From: a virus
DNA: 44,709 nucleotides
Strand: one strand, 5' to 3'
Virus genome (UHGV): UHGV-0231863
Every line of letters begins with the position of its first letter. Position 1 is the stretch's first letter. Positions 33,874 through 41,493 of this stretch are shown piece by piece. The position numbers were made by a program, and so were the translations under genes. The notes below the pieces were generated by a model, which searched no databases, was not told where the DNA came from, and was given only the letters and a program-made list of their open reading frames with translations.

Positions 33874-34044
33874 ATGTTCAGTGACATCAACGCAGCAATC
33901 GAAGAGGCAATCTGGCGTCGTTACAACGGCGAGCAACAACGGCACTTTTGCCTGGTGCAACGCGGAAACATGATTGCTGTGGTACAGGACCGCGATAACA
34001 AATATCCGAATGCGATGTGGACAACGAGGAATTTCTTAGGATGA
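33874..34044 (+). CDS. hypothetical early protein
   Basis: 56-codon ORF read by eye; stop overlaps next start. Confidence 0.35.
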   Translation: MFSDINAAIEEAIWRRYNGEQQRHFCLVQRGNMIAVVQDRDNKYPNAMWTTRNFLG

Positions 34045-34277
34045 TTACCAGCATTCCAAACCTGATTAAAGAATACGGCACGATGGCTGAGACATGCCGA
34101 CAAACCGGCATCAACGAAATGACGATTGCCAAGTACAGCAAAGACGTTAACTGCGAGCGCCATGTAATTTATAACAACCGTCTGATGACGCACGTTAAGA
34201 CAAGCCCGGTGTTATTCACGCGCCGGGGTATCACTAAAACGGAGCAACGTATCGCTAAAGAGGAGAGTGGGGAATGA
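34041..34277 (+). CDS. hypothetical early protein
   Basis: Internal ATG of track ORF 34017..34277. Confidence 0.4.
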   Translation: MITSIPNLIKEYGTMAETCRQTGINEMTIAKYSKDVNCERHVIYNNRLMTHVKTSPVLFTRRGITKTEQRIAKEESGE

Positions 34278-34432
34278 TTAGTATTCTGGAGTTCATCGAC
34301 AACCAAGTTTGGTACGAGCCCGAGTTAAATAAGTATTCAGTTAATGGGAAAATATTTCGGCGCAAAGGCCAGGCAGAGCGTTACGCAGCTAAACTATACC
34401 GTCAGCTTGTCAAGGATGGTTTCTTCAAATGA
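34274..34432 (+). CDS. hypothetical early protein
   Basis: 52-codon ORF with GGAGAG SD, ATGA overlap. Confidence 0.35.
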   Translation: MISILEFIDNQVWYEPELNKYSVNGKIFRRKGQAERYAAKLYRQLVKDGFFK

Positions 34433-34533
34433 GACTACTAATCATCCCTAACGCCCGGGCCATTCCCGTAGCTAACGACCATTACGGCGGCGACGGTAAA
34501 AGAGCACCACGCCACGGCCTATACAACTGATAC

Positions 34534-34557
34534 AAGCCCTCTACCGAGGGCTTTTCT
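34534..34557 (+). terminator. intrinsic terminator before terminase genes
   Basis: AAGCCCTC-tacc-GAGGGCTT + TTCT. Confidence 0.55.
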
Positions 34558-34651
34558 GTACATCCTGCCCAATCACCTTATATAATCCATTTAGACGCGT
34601 AGGGCGCGTCTGGTGCGCTCTGATGGTCAGACGCATATGCAAGGGGATTAT

Positions 34652-35197
34652 ATGAAGCTGAAACTCAAGCAGCCATCGCCAGAGGTGGTGCAAGCTGCAC
34701 ATGAAGAAGCTGTTAGCGCAAACCGCCGACGTAAACGACCGCGTGGGAAACAGAGCCTTTATCAATCGTCCAGTAATTCCGCCACGTTGTGGGACCCGGA
34801 CTATTGCGACGCGTTAATCGAGTTCTTCGACCGTACGTCGTGGGAACTTGTGCCTACGTCCAAGGGTGACGAACGTCCGCTGATTCAGGATAAACCGCCG
34901 TCACTGGCCCGCTTCGCCTTACACATCGGCGTAACTATCCCGATTATTAAGCTGTGGCTGCGTGAGATTCCCGCATTTGCAGAAGCCTATGAAACAGCAC
35001 AGGCGCTGGAAGAGGCATATTTCACTGAGACAGGGGCCGCGGGTATCTCTGCTACGTTCGCCGCAGCTAAACTGGGCCTCGGTAAAGAGAAACCAGTCGA
35101 ATCCACCGAAGAAACGGCACCGACTGAGATTATTTTTAGTGTTGCAGAGCCTGTAGGTAAAATTGTAACAACGAATATGGGTGAGGTAGAGGAATGA
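34652..35197 (+). CDS. terminase small subunit (putative)
   Basis: ATG with AAGGGG SD; basic N-terminus; immediately upstream of and overlapping the large terminase. Confidence 0.55.
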   Translation: MKLKLKQPSPEVVQAAHEEAVSANRRRKRPRGKQSLYQSSSNSATLWDPDYCDALIEFFDRTSWELVPTSKGDERPLIQDKPPSLARFALHIGVTIPIIKLWLREIPAFAEAYETAQALEEAYFTETGAAGISATFAAAKLGLGKEKPVESTEETAPTEIIFSVAEPVGKIVTTNMGEVEE

Positions 35198-36444
35198 GTA
35201 TTCAGCTATCCGCACCGCAGGCACTGTTCCTGAATTGCGATAACAAATACAAAGCCTATGTCGGCGGCTTCGGCAGCGGAAAGACATTTGTTGGCTGCCT
35301 TGACCTGCTTACGTTTATGCTCAAGCATCCAGGTACGCGCCTGGGTTACTTCGGCCCGACATACCCGGCTATCCGTGACATCTTCTACCCGACATTTGAG
35401 GAAGCCGCTAACCTGCTCGGCCTCGATGTGCTGGTTAAATCTGGCGACAAAGAAGTCGTGGTTACTCGCGGTAAGACGGTGCTCGGTACAGTTATCTGCC
35501 GTTCTATGGATAACCCAGGCTCGATAGTCGGCTTCAAAATCGCTGCTGCGGTCGTGGATGAGCTTGATGTATTGAGCCGTGAGAAAGCTGAGTTGGCGTG
35601 GAACAAAATAGTCGCCCGTATGCGTCTGGTTATCCCCGGCGTAACTAACCACATCTCTGTCACCACGACACCGGAAGGGTTCAAGTTCGTCTACGCCAAG
35701 TTCAAAGAGAACCCGACGCCGAGTTACTCGATGGTGCAGGCTTCTACACACGAGAACGCGCGATTCCTGCCGCCTGACTACATTAGCTCACTGACCGAGA
35801 CTTACCCCGCGCAACTGATTAACGCGTACCTGAACGGTGAGTTCGTTAACCTGACATCCGGCAGCGTGTATTATGCGTATGACCGTCGCAAGCACCGCAG
35901 CAAAGAGACAATTCAACCGGGCGATACACTGTACATCGGGCAGGACTTCAACGTTACGAAGAACGCCAGCGCCGTGTATGTGCAACGTAAAGACGGCTGG
36001 CACGCGGTGGCAGAACTGAAAGGTCTGTTTGATACGCCGGACACCGTGCGTGTAATTACTGAGAAGTGGAAGTCGCAGGGCCACCGCATAGTCGTTTACC
36101 CGGACGCCAGCGGCAAGAACCGCAAGACCAACTCGGCGTCCATCTCTGACATCGCCCTACTCCAGCAGGCCGGTTTCGATGTACGGGCTAAATCCGCCAA
36201 CCCACCAGTTAAAGACCGTGTTTTAGCCGTGAATACCGCGCTGGAAAAAGGTAAGCTGTGGGTTAACGACCACTTATGCCCGGAGATAGCCAAGACGCTG
36301 GAGCAACAGGCGTACGACGACAACGGAGAGCCAGCTAAAGACGGCATCATTGACCATATGGCGGATGCGCTTGGCTATCCTGTAGTTTACGAGATGCCGG
36401 TGGTTAAACCAGTAATCAACATCCCGGTGACTTTCGCACTTTAA
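35194..36444 (+). CDS. terminase large subunit
   Basis: Walker A YVGGFGSGKTFVG near N-terminus; C-terminal nuclease-type acidic residues; size 416 aa. Confidence 0.9.
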   Translation: MSIQLSAPQALFLNCDNKYKAYVGGFGSGKTFVGCLDLLTFMLKHPGTRLGYFGPTYPAIRDIFYPTFEEAANLLGLDVLVKSGDKEVVVTRGKTVLGTVICRSMDNPGSIVGFKIAAAVVDELDVLSREKAELAWNKIVARMRLVIPGVTNHISVTTTPEGFKFVYAKFKENPTPSYSMVQASTHENARFLPPDYISSLTETYPAQLINAYLNGEFVNLTSGSVYYAYDRRKHRSKETIQPGDTLYIGQDFNVTKNASAVYVQRKDGWHAVAELKGLFDTPDTVRVITEKWKSQGHRIVVYPDASGKNRKTNSASISDIALLQQAGFDVRAKSANPPVKDRVLAVNTALEKGKLWVNDHLCPEIAKTLEQQAYDDNGEPAKDGIIDHMADALGYPVVYEMPVVKPVINIPVTFAL

Positions 36445-36456
36445 GAGGATTATTCA

Positions 36457-37926
36457 ATGTTAACTATGAACGGTCAGAATCAGGGTGTTAAGACAAAACA
36501 CCGGGAATGGCTGCATCACTTCGATAAATGGCAGAAGGTGCGCCACGCACTGGAGGGTGACCTTATCCGCTATCTGCGAAACGTCGGGAAGAACGAGCCG
36601 GACCCAACTTATGCAGCCCAGCGCCAGGAAGAATACGAGAACGGCGCTATCTGCTACAATTTCACCAAGCGTACCCTGTCGGGTATGGTTGGCTCGGTAA
36701 TGCGAAAAGACCCGGAGCAGATTATTCCACGTGAACTGGAATACCTGTTACGCAATGCCGATGGCTCGGGTGTCGGCCTGTGGCAGCACGCGCAGGATAC
36801 GCTGATGGAGATTGACTCGGTGGGTCGTGGCGGTTTACTGGTGGATGCGCCGGAGACAGCGGCAGCGACGGCAGCCGAACAGAACGCCGGATTATTAAAC
36901 CCGGTCATCGCATTCTATACCGCAGAGAACATCATCAACTGGCGACTCACTCGCGTAGGCTCTGTTAACCGCGTTACGATGGTAGTGCTGCGTGAGGTAT
37001 GGGAATATTCAGAACCTCGAGCCGAGTTTGAAACCAAGTTTGGGGAACAATACCGCGTTCTCGACTTGATTGACGGGCGCTACCGTCAGCGCATATACCG
37101 ATTCGATGCGGAAGGCGGCGCGCAAGACGAAGTAATAGAAATCTTCCCGGAACTGGGCGAACAGTTGCGCGGCAAAATCCCGTTCACGTTCATCGGGGCC
37201 AGCAACAACGACGCGACGGTTGATGACGCGCCTTTGCTGCCGTTAGCTGAGCTTAATATCGGGCATTTTCGCAACAGCGCAGACAATGAGGAATCTAGCT
37301 TCGTTGTAGGCCAGCCCACTCTGTTCATCGCCCCCGGTGAGAACATGAGCATGGTACAATGGAAAGAAGCCAACCCTCGCGGAGTGCGTATGGGGTCACG
37401 TTCTGGCCATAACATCGGTTACGGCGGCAATGCGTTTCTGGTCCAGGCCGGTGAGAACAACCTAGCCAAGCAGAACATGTTGGATAAAGAGAACCAGGCC
37501 ATCCAGATTGGGGCGCAGCTTATCACCCCGACGCAGCAAATCACCGCGGAATCGGCCCGCCTGCAACGCGGAGCGGATACGTCTGTTATGGCGACAATCG
37601 CACGTAACGTAAGCATGGCGTATACCGATGCGTTGCGCTGGGTCGCGGGTATGCTTGGGATTAGCGACAGCACTGAAATTGAGTTCAAACTGAACATGGA
37701 GTTCTTCCTGCAACCGATGACAGCTCAGGACCGTTCTCAGTGGATGGCGGATATTAACGCTGGCTTGTTACCAGCTACTGCTTACTACGCCGCGCTGCGT
37801 AAGGCTGGCGTAACCGACTGGACCGATGAGGACATTCAGAACGCTATTGAGGACGCACCGCTGCCGTTGGGTGTAAATACTCAGGTAGCGGGGGATATTC
37901 CGCAGTCGGCGCAACAACAGGAGTAG
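36457..37926 (+). CDS. portal protein
   Basis: 489-aa protein directly after terminase, acidic C-terminus. Confidence 0.8.
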   Translation: MLTMNGQNQGVKTKHREWLHHFDKWQKVRHALEGDLIRYLRNVGKNEPDPTYAAQRQEEYENGAICYNFTKRTLSGMVGSVMRKDPEQIIPRELEYLLRNADGSGVGLWQHAQDTLMEIDSVGRGGLLVDAPETAAATAAEQNAGLLNPVIAFYTAENIINWRLTRVGSVNRVTMVVLREVWEYSEPRAEFETKFGEQYRVLDLIDGRYRQRIYRFDAEGGAQDEVIEIFPELGEQLRGKIPFTFIGASNNDATVDDAPLLPLAELNIGHFRNSADNEESSFVVGQPTLFIAPGENMSMVQWKEANPRGVRMGSRSGHNIGYGGNAFLVQAGENNLAKQNMLDKENQAIQIGAQLITPTQQITAESARLQRGADTSVMATIARNVSMAYTDALRWVAGMLGISDSTEIEFKLNMEFFLQPMTAQDRSQWMADINAGLLPATAYYAALRKAGVTDWTDEDIQNAIEDAPLPLGVNTQVAGDIPQSAQQQE

Positions 37927-37931
37927 ATAGA

Positions 37932-37955
37932 AAGGCCCCGCTAGGGGCCTTAGCT
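37932..37955. terminator. bidirectional terminator-like hairpin
   Basis: AAGGCCCC-gcta-GGGGCCTT between convergent portal and KilA-N genes; same stem as 4487 and 17013. Confidence 0.55.
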
Positions 37956-38609
37956 TTAACGTATATTAGCCGCACATTTACGCACAACCCGAGGTATCGC
38001 CTCTTTCAGTTCACCCCATGTATTAACGGCCTCCATGTCAAGAAGTGTCACCAGAGCTTTCTGGATGTCACTTCGCAACTGATTGGTCTTCGCATCCTGA
38101 GAGTCCCATGTATCGAAACCCGTTACGTCGCGGATATCTACGGATTCCTTTACCGCTTTAGCCACCTGTATGAAGTGTCCACTGTGGCCAATTCTTCCCT
38201 CCGTGCGCTCAATCATTCGACTAACGGCAGCGTTAAGCTCGACAAAGCTCACCGCGCCAATGTTTCGTAGTTCTACCTGCCGTTGTGTGATAAAGCGGTC
38301 GATAACGAGGAAATGGAAATAGGCGCTGTATTGCTCAGCAATATATACTGCCAGATGGAGACATGCAAAGGTGCGACCGTTTCGGCCTTTCGTCGCCCTT
38401 ATGGCATTCTCGATTCCGAGTTGTTTTTCGCATTCCTCCTTGAAAATCTTGAAGCCATCCGTTGACATGACCTGGCGAAGCTCTCTTGTCCCCATGCCGT
38501 TGTCTAAACGCCAACGGTTCATCTGGTCAACCAGCTCGTTTACGTTAATAAAGTTTTCACGGTCAAAAGTGATTTCTCCATAAGGGAACTCTAATGTTTG
38601 CAGTTTCAT
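37956..38609 (-). CDS. KilA-N domain protein (antirepressor-like regulator)
   Basis: GRNGRTFACLHLAVYIAEQYSAYFHFLV resembles the KilA-N/APSES core; lone minus-strand gene inside the head module with own promoter and AGGAG SD. Confidence 0.5.
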   Translation of the reverse strand: MKLQTLEFPYGEITFDRENFINVNELVDQMNRWRLDNGMGTRELRQVMSTDGFKIFKEECEKQLGIENAIRATKGRNGRTFACLHLAVYIAEQYSAYFHFLVIDRFITQRQVELRNIGAVSFVELNAAVSRMIERTEGRIGHSGHFIQVAKAVKESVDIRDVTGFDTWDSQDAKTNQLRSDIQKALVTLLDMEAVNTWGELKEAIPRVVRKCAANIR

Positions 38610-38637
38610 GCGTATTTCTCCTGTTTAAGTGTACGTT

Positions 38638-38665
38638 TAAATTCTACATTTGAATGTAGAATTTA
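38638..38665. promoter_or_regulatory. 28-bp palindrome (13-bp perfect arms)
   Basis: TAAATTCTACATT tg AATGTAGAATTTA in the divergent region between KilA-N and head morphogenesis genes. Confidence 0.6.
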
Positions 38666-38670
38666 ATCAA
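38641..38670 (-). promoter_or_regulatory. promoter TTGATT-18-TAGAAT for KilA-N gene, overlapped by 28-bp palindrome
   Basis: Minus strand; palindrome TAAATTCTACATT-tg-AATGTAGAATTTA at 38638-38665. Confidence 0.45.
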
Positions 38671-38751
38671 GCTCTTTTTAACCTTAAATGCGTATGATTA
38701 TGCCAATACGTTACCGACTGATATGATTGTCATATCGAAACAGGAGGGTAT

Positions 38752-40689
38752 ATGAGCTTACTGACATCTCTAATCAGCCACCAGATTTGGCTGCAACGCG
38801 CCGCATCCGGTGAAGTAAAAGACCTCGCACCATTCATTCAGGAAATGCGGGACGAAATCAAACGGCAGGTGCTGCTATTCGGCGACGACGGCCGCAGCAC
38901 CGCACGGCTGAATAAACTGTTACGTGACCTTGAAGAAGCTCTGACGGGGCTCACAGGTGACTGGCAAACAAAGCTGACAGAAGACCTTAAGGAACTGGCG
39001 GCGTATGAGGCTGAGTGGAACGTAAAGACACTGGCCACCAACGTTAACGCGGAATTTGTTACGCCTACCGCCGAGCAAGTGTGGGCCGCTGCCGAGTTTC
39101 AGCCGCTATCGTTAAGTGACAAGCCTGTTGATTTCACTAAGCTAATGTCAGGCTGGGGTGAAACCGAAGTCGCGCGCCTTGTGACCGGCGTTAAGATGGG
39201 CTTTGTACAAGGCCAGACAACACGGCAGATTGTTAAGAATGTCGTAGGCGCTGGTGGGCTGGCGGACATCTCTGAGCGTAACGCAGCTACGGTAATACGC
39301 ACCGCGCTGTCTCATGTATCCAACGAAGCCCGTAACGAGACGTACCGCCAGAACGATGACATCATCGAGAAATACGAGTGGGTGTCGACGCTGGACAGCC
39401 GTACCAGTACAACGTGTTTCACGGCTGAAACAGAATTAGCGCCCATCGCGGGGATGGACGCGGTAATGCGCGGACTCTATTCAGGAAAAATCCTTACCAT
39501 CGAACTTTCCAACGGCGAGAAGTTCAGTGGCACCCCGAAACACCCTGTACTCACGCAATACGGATGGACTCCGCTTGATGAACTCGACCCAACTAAGCAT
39601 GTCTTGTATACCACTGTTGACAAAGTGACTGTGCTCGAAACAGTGAAGAACATAAACATGCCAGCCAGAGCGGATTATATTTTTAATACGCTCGCTGATT
39701 TCCCCATCAGGAAAATGGTAAGCACGAGTCCCGCGGCAACAGATTTCTATGGCGATGGAGTGGGACTCAATGGCAAAATCGACATTGTACGGGCCGATTG
39801 CAAACTGCGGAACTACGTCCATGCCAGCGGAATTAAACAATTCAAAAGCGAGGGTTTCAGTCTTATTCATAGCGCCGCTTTGCTGTCGGACGATAGCTCT
39901 GGCGATTTTCTCCTCCGGGGTGAATGTCCTGTGAGTGTGCCCGCGCTTAGCGAGGCCAAGTGTTTTGACCATAGAATAGAAAACTGTTTTGCTTACTTGG
40001 GTCCTTCTTATGCACTCAATAGGCGGGACGCCGGACTCGAACAATTCTATAGCCCTTTTTTGATTCAAAATGGTGTCGTTAGAAACCCAACCACGGGGTC
40101 GATCATGCATGAGTCCGAGCTTCTTGAGAAATGTTGTTACCGTGGTGGTAGTGACGCCGTAATTCTTGGCTATGATGCTGGCGGGAGTGCCATCTCGGTA
40201 CAAAGAACAAATATCATCCGCATAAGCGTCGAGTTTAGAACGTGCCATGTTTATACCCTCTCTAGTAGTCAAGGATATTATACAGCAGGTAGTGCGATAG
40301 TCAAGAATTGCAGGGCCAGAGACGGGATGACGTGGGAAATCGGTAAAGGGCCGATGCCTCCGGCCCATTTTGGGTGCAGAAGCACCACTGCGCCTGTAAT
40401 CAGTTCGGAGTTCGACTTCCTCGATAAAGGCGCAAAACGCGCGGCTAAGGGTGCGGACGGCGGTATGCAGGTAAGTGCGGACACCACCTATTACGAGTTC
40501 CTGAAACAACAACCGGCATGGTTTCAGGACCAGGCGCTTGGTCCTGTTCGCGGTAAGATTTTCCGCAACAGCGGTATATCACCAGAGGAGTTTCGCGTAA
40601 TATCTGTAGATGGTTTCGGGAATCCGCTCACGCTTAAGCAGATGGCGGAACTCGATAAACGTGTTGCTGATTATCTGAAAGGGGAATAA
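38752..40689 (+). CDS. head morphogenesis protein (Mu F / SPP1 gp7-like) interrupted by an intein
   Basis: Extein junction reconstitutes DSRTSTT|CRARDGMTW...PPAHFGCRSTT, matching the D-x-R-x-R...H...G...CRC-type Mu F motif; 298 in-frame codons are inserted. Confidence 0.8.
   Translation: MSLLTSLISHQIWLQRAASGEVKDLAPFIQEMRDEIKRQVLLFGDDGRSTARLNKLLRDLEEALTGLTGDWQTKLTEDLKELAAYEAEWNVKTLATNVNAEFVTPTAEQVWAAAEFQPLSLSDKPVDFTKLMSGWGETEVARLVTGVKMGFVQGQTTRQIVKNVVGAGGLADISERNAATVIRTALSHVSNEARNETYRQNDDIIEKYEWVSTLDSRTSTTCFTAETELAPIAGMDAVMRGLYSGKILTIELSNGEKFSGTPKHPVLTQYGWTPLDELDPTKHVLYTTVDKVTVLETVKNINMPARADYIFNTLADFPIRKMVSTSPAATDFYGDGVGLNGKIDIVRADCKLRNYVHASGIKQFKSEGFSLIHSAALLSDDSSGDFLLRGECPVSVPALSEAKCFDHRIENCFAYLGPSYALNRRDAGLEQFYSPFLIQNGVVRNPTTGSIMHESELLEKCCYRGGSDAVILGYDAGGSAISVQRTNIIRISVEFRTCHVYTLSSSQGYYTAGSAIVKNCRARDGMTWEIGKGPMPPAHFGCRSTTAPVISSEFDFLDKGAKRAAKGADGGMQVSADTTYYEFLKQQPAWFQDQALGPVRGKIFRNSGISPEEFRVISVDGFGNPLTLKQMAELDKRVADYLKGE
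39481..40248 (-). CDS. antisense-nested gene: tandem HTH + DUF559/Vsr-like endonuclease-fold protein
   Basis: Minus-strand ORF from ATG 40248 (antisense to His499 codon) with GAGGG SD and TTGACT-16-TATAAT promoter; IIAKNYGVTTTTVTTFLKKLGL and IECIRRTQVSKTVFYSMVKTLGL HTH-like; QFAIGPYNVDFAIESHSIAIEI...GWHVYVL matches DUF559 pattern. Confidence 0.55.
   Translation of the reverse strand: MARSKLDAYADDICSLYRDGTPASIIAKNYGVTTTTVTTFLKKLGLMHDRPRGWVSNDTILNQKRAIELFESGVPPIECIRRTQVSKTVFYSMVKTLGLAKRGHTHRTFTPEEKIARAIVRQQSGAMNKTETLAFELFNSAGMDVVPQFAIGPYNVDFAIESHSIAIEICCRGTRAYHFPDGEISERIKNIIRSGWHVYVLHCFEHSHFVNSGIQDMLSWVEFIKRSPSVLREYRVFRGATELLAVGKFDGKDFS
40277..40304 (-). promoter_or_regulatory. sigma70-type promoter TTGACT-16-TATAAT for the antisense intein-nested gene
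   Basis: Minus strand reads TTGACTatcgcactacctgctgTATAAT, then GAGGG SD and ATG; lies within the intein C-terminal coding region. Confidence 0.55.
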
Positions 40690-41150
40690 TGATGGGCTTT
40701 TTCAAAGTAACTGACGTACCGTCACGCCGCGTAGTCCAGTACGCCCGCGTGTCTGGCTCTGGCGAGAACGTGGTGTTTATTGAAGACGAAAGTGTACTCG
40801 GAACACCAGTTGACGATATGCCGTTTGCGGACAAGACCGGTATTGCGCTGCCAGCGGCAGGTATGCTTTATGAGATTCAGTACCTGGCGGATGCCGGTGA
40901 TGTGTATTTCTCCGTACAACCGCAGGACGCTGAACTGGCAGACGGCAGCGCAAATATCGCTGTCGAAGTTAAGGCGGGCAAAGCACCATATGCGCTGACC
41001 TGGTACAAAGACGGGAAGGAAGTGGTAAACGCCCCGGAAGAGGCTCTGTCTCTGACGGTTAACGCAGTTGGTGAATACTTCGTTAAAGTCACTGATGCCG
41101 ATGGTATAGAGGCCGTAAGTAAAGCAGCGAAGGTTACTAAGCCAGAATAA
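40689..41150 (+). CDS. Ig-like domain virion protein
   Basis: C-terminal YALTWYKDGKEV...GEYFVKVTD pattern typical of Ig-like phage surface domains. Confidence 0.45.
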   Translation: MMGFFKVTDVPSRRVVQYARVSGSGENVVFIEDESVLGTPVDDMPFADKTGIALPAAGMLYEIQYLADAGDVYFSVQPQDAELADGSANIAVEVKAGKAPYALTWYKDGKEVVNAPEEALSLTVNAVGEYFVKVTDADGIEAVSKAAKVTKPE

Positions 41151-41154
41151 ACTG

Positions 41155-41176
41155 AAGCCCCGAAAGGGGCTTTTTA
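41155..41176 (+). terminator. intrinsic terminator
   Basis: AAGCCCC-gaaa-GGGGCTT + TTTAG. Confidence 0.6.
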
Positions 41177-41225
41177 GTGCCTGTGACTATTCCAGTTATT
41201 CCACTCAATTGTAAATGTTGGAATA

Positions 41226-41268
41226 AACTATTCGAATAGTTGACTTTTCACCAAAAATGTGCTAAGCT
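41226..41268 (+). promoter_or_regulatory. promoter TTGACT-17-TAAGCT (copy 2 of duplicated cassette) preceded by 16-bp palindrome AACTATTCGAATAGTT
   Basis: Palindrome 41226-41241 abuts -35 at 41240-41245; -10 at 41263-41268. Confidence 0.45.
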
Positions 41269-41271
41269 CCA

Positions 41272-41309
41272 CCTGAGCTTGTGAAGTATGAACAAGCGAC
41301 CGCGGCGCG
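41272..41309 (+). repeat. 38-nt block identical to 28719-28756 (copy 2)
   Basis: Same 38-mer downstream of homologous promoter; flanks diverge immediately afterwards. Confidence 0.85.
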
Positions 41310-41493
41310 GGCAGGTAACGGAGCGGGACGTAAGTCCTGAGTGTAGTTACGCTGACGCGTTCGGAAGGGCCATACCCTATTGCTTGTGTAAAAAGTAACT
41401 GGTTTACTGAGATTACGCCGTTTCTATGTTTAAATGATAAGGACTAGCGCCCCGCTTTAAGGCGGGGCTTTACTTATCGAGAAAGGGGGAAAC

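Larger units (their letters stand above)
39415..40308 (+). mobile_element. intein (Hint domain) within head morphogenesis gene
   Basis: Starts with Cys, block B-like GTPKHPVLTQYGW, C-terminal block F/G-like HVYTLSSSQGYYTAGSAIVKN followed by +1 Cys; AT-rich relative to exteins. Confidence 0.6.

Noticed and set aside
35206-35751. 181-aa minus-strand ORF
   Set aside because: Antisense to the terminase large subunit, which has a clear Walker A motif.
40249-40512. N-terminal 88 codons of the minus-strand ORF 39481..40512
   Set aside because: This part translates to Arg-rich junk and lies upstream of the promoter and SD, so the real gene is taken to start at the internal ATG at 40248.
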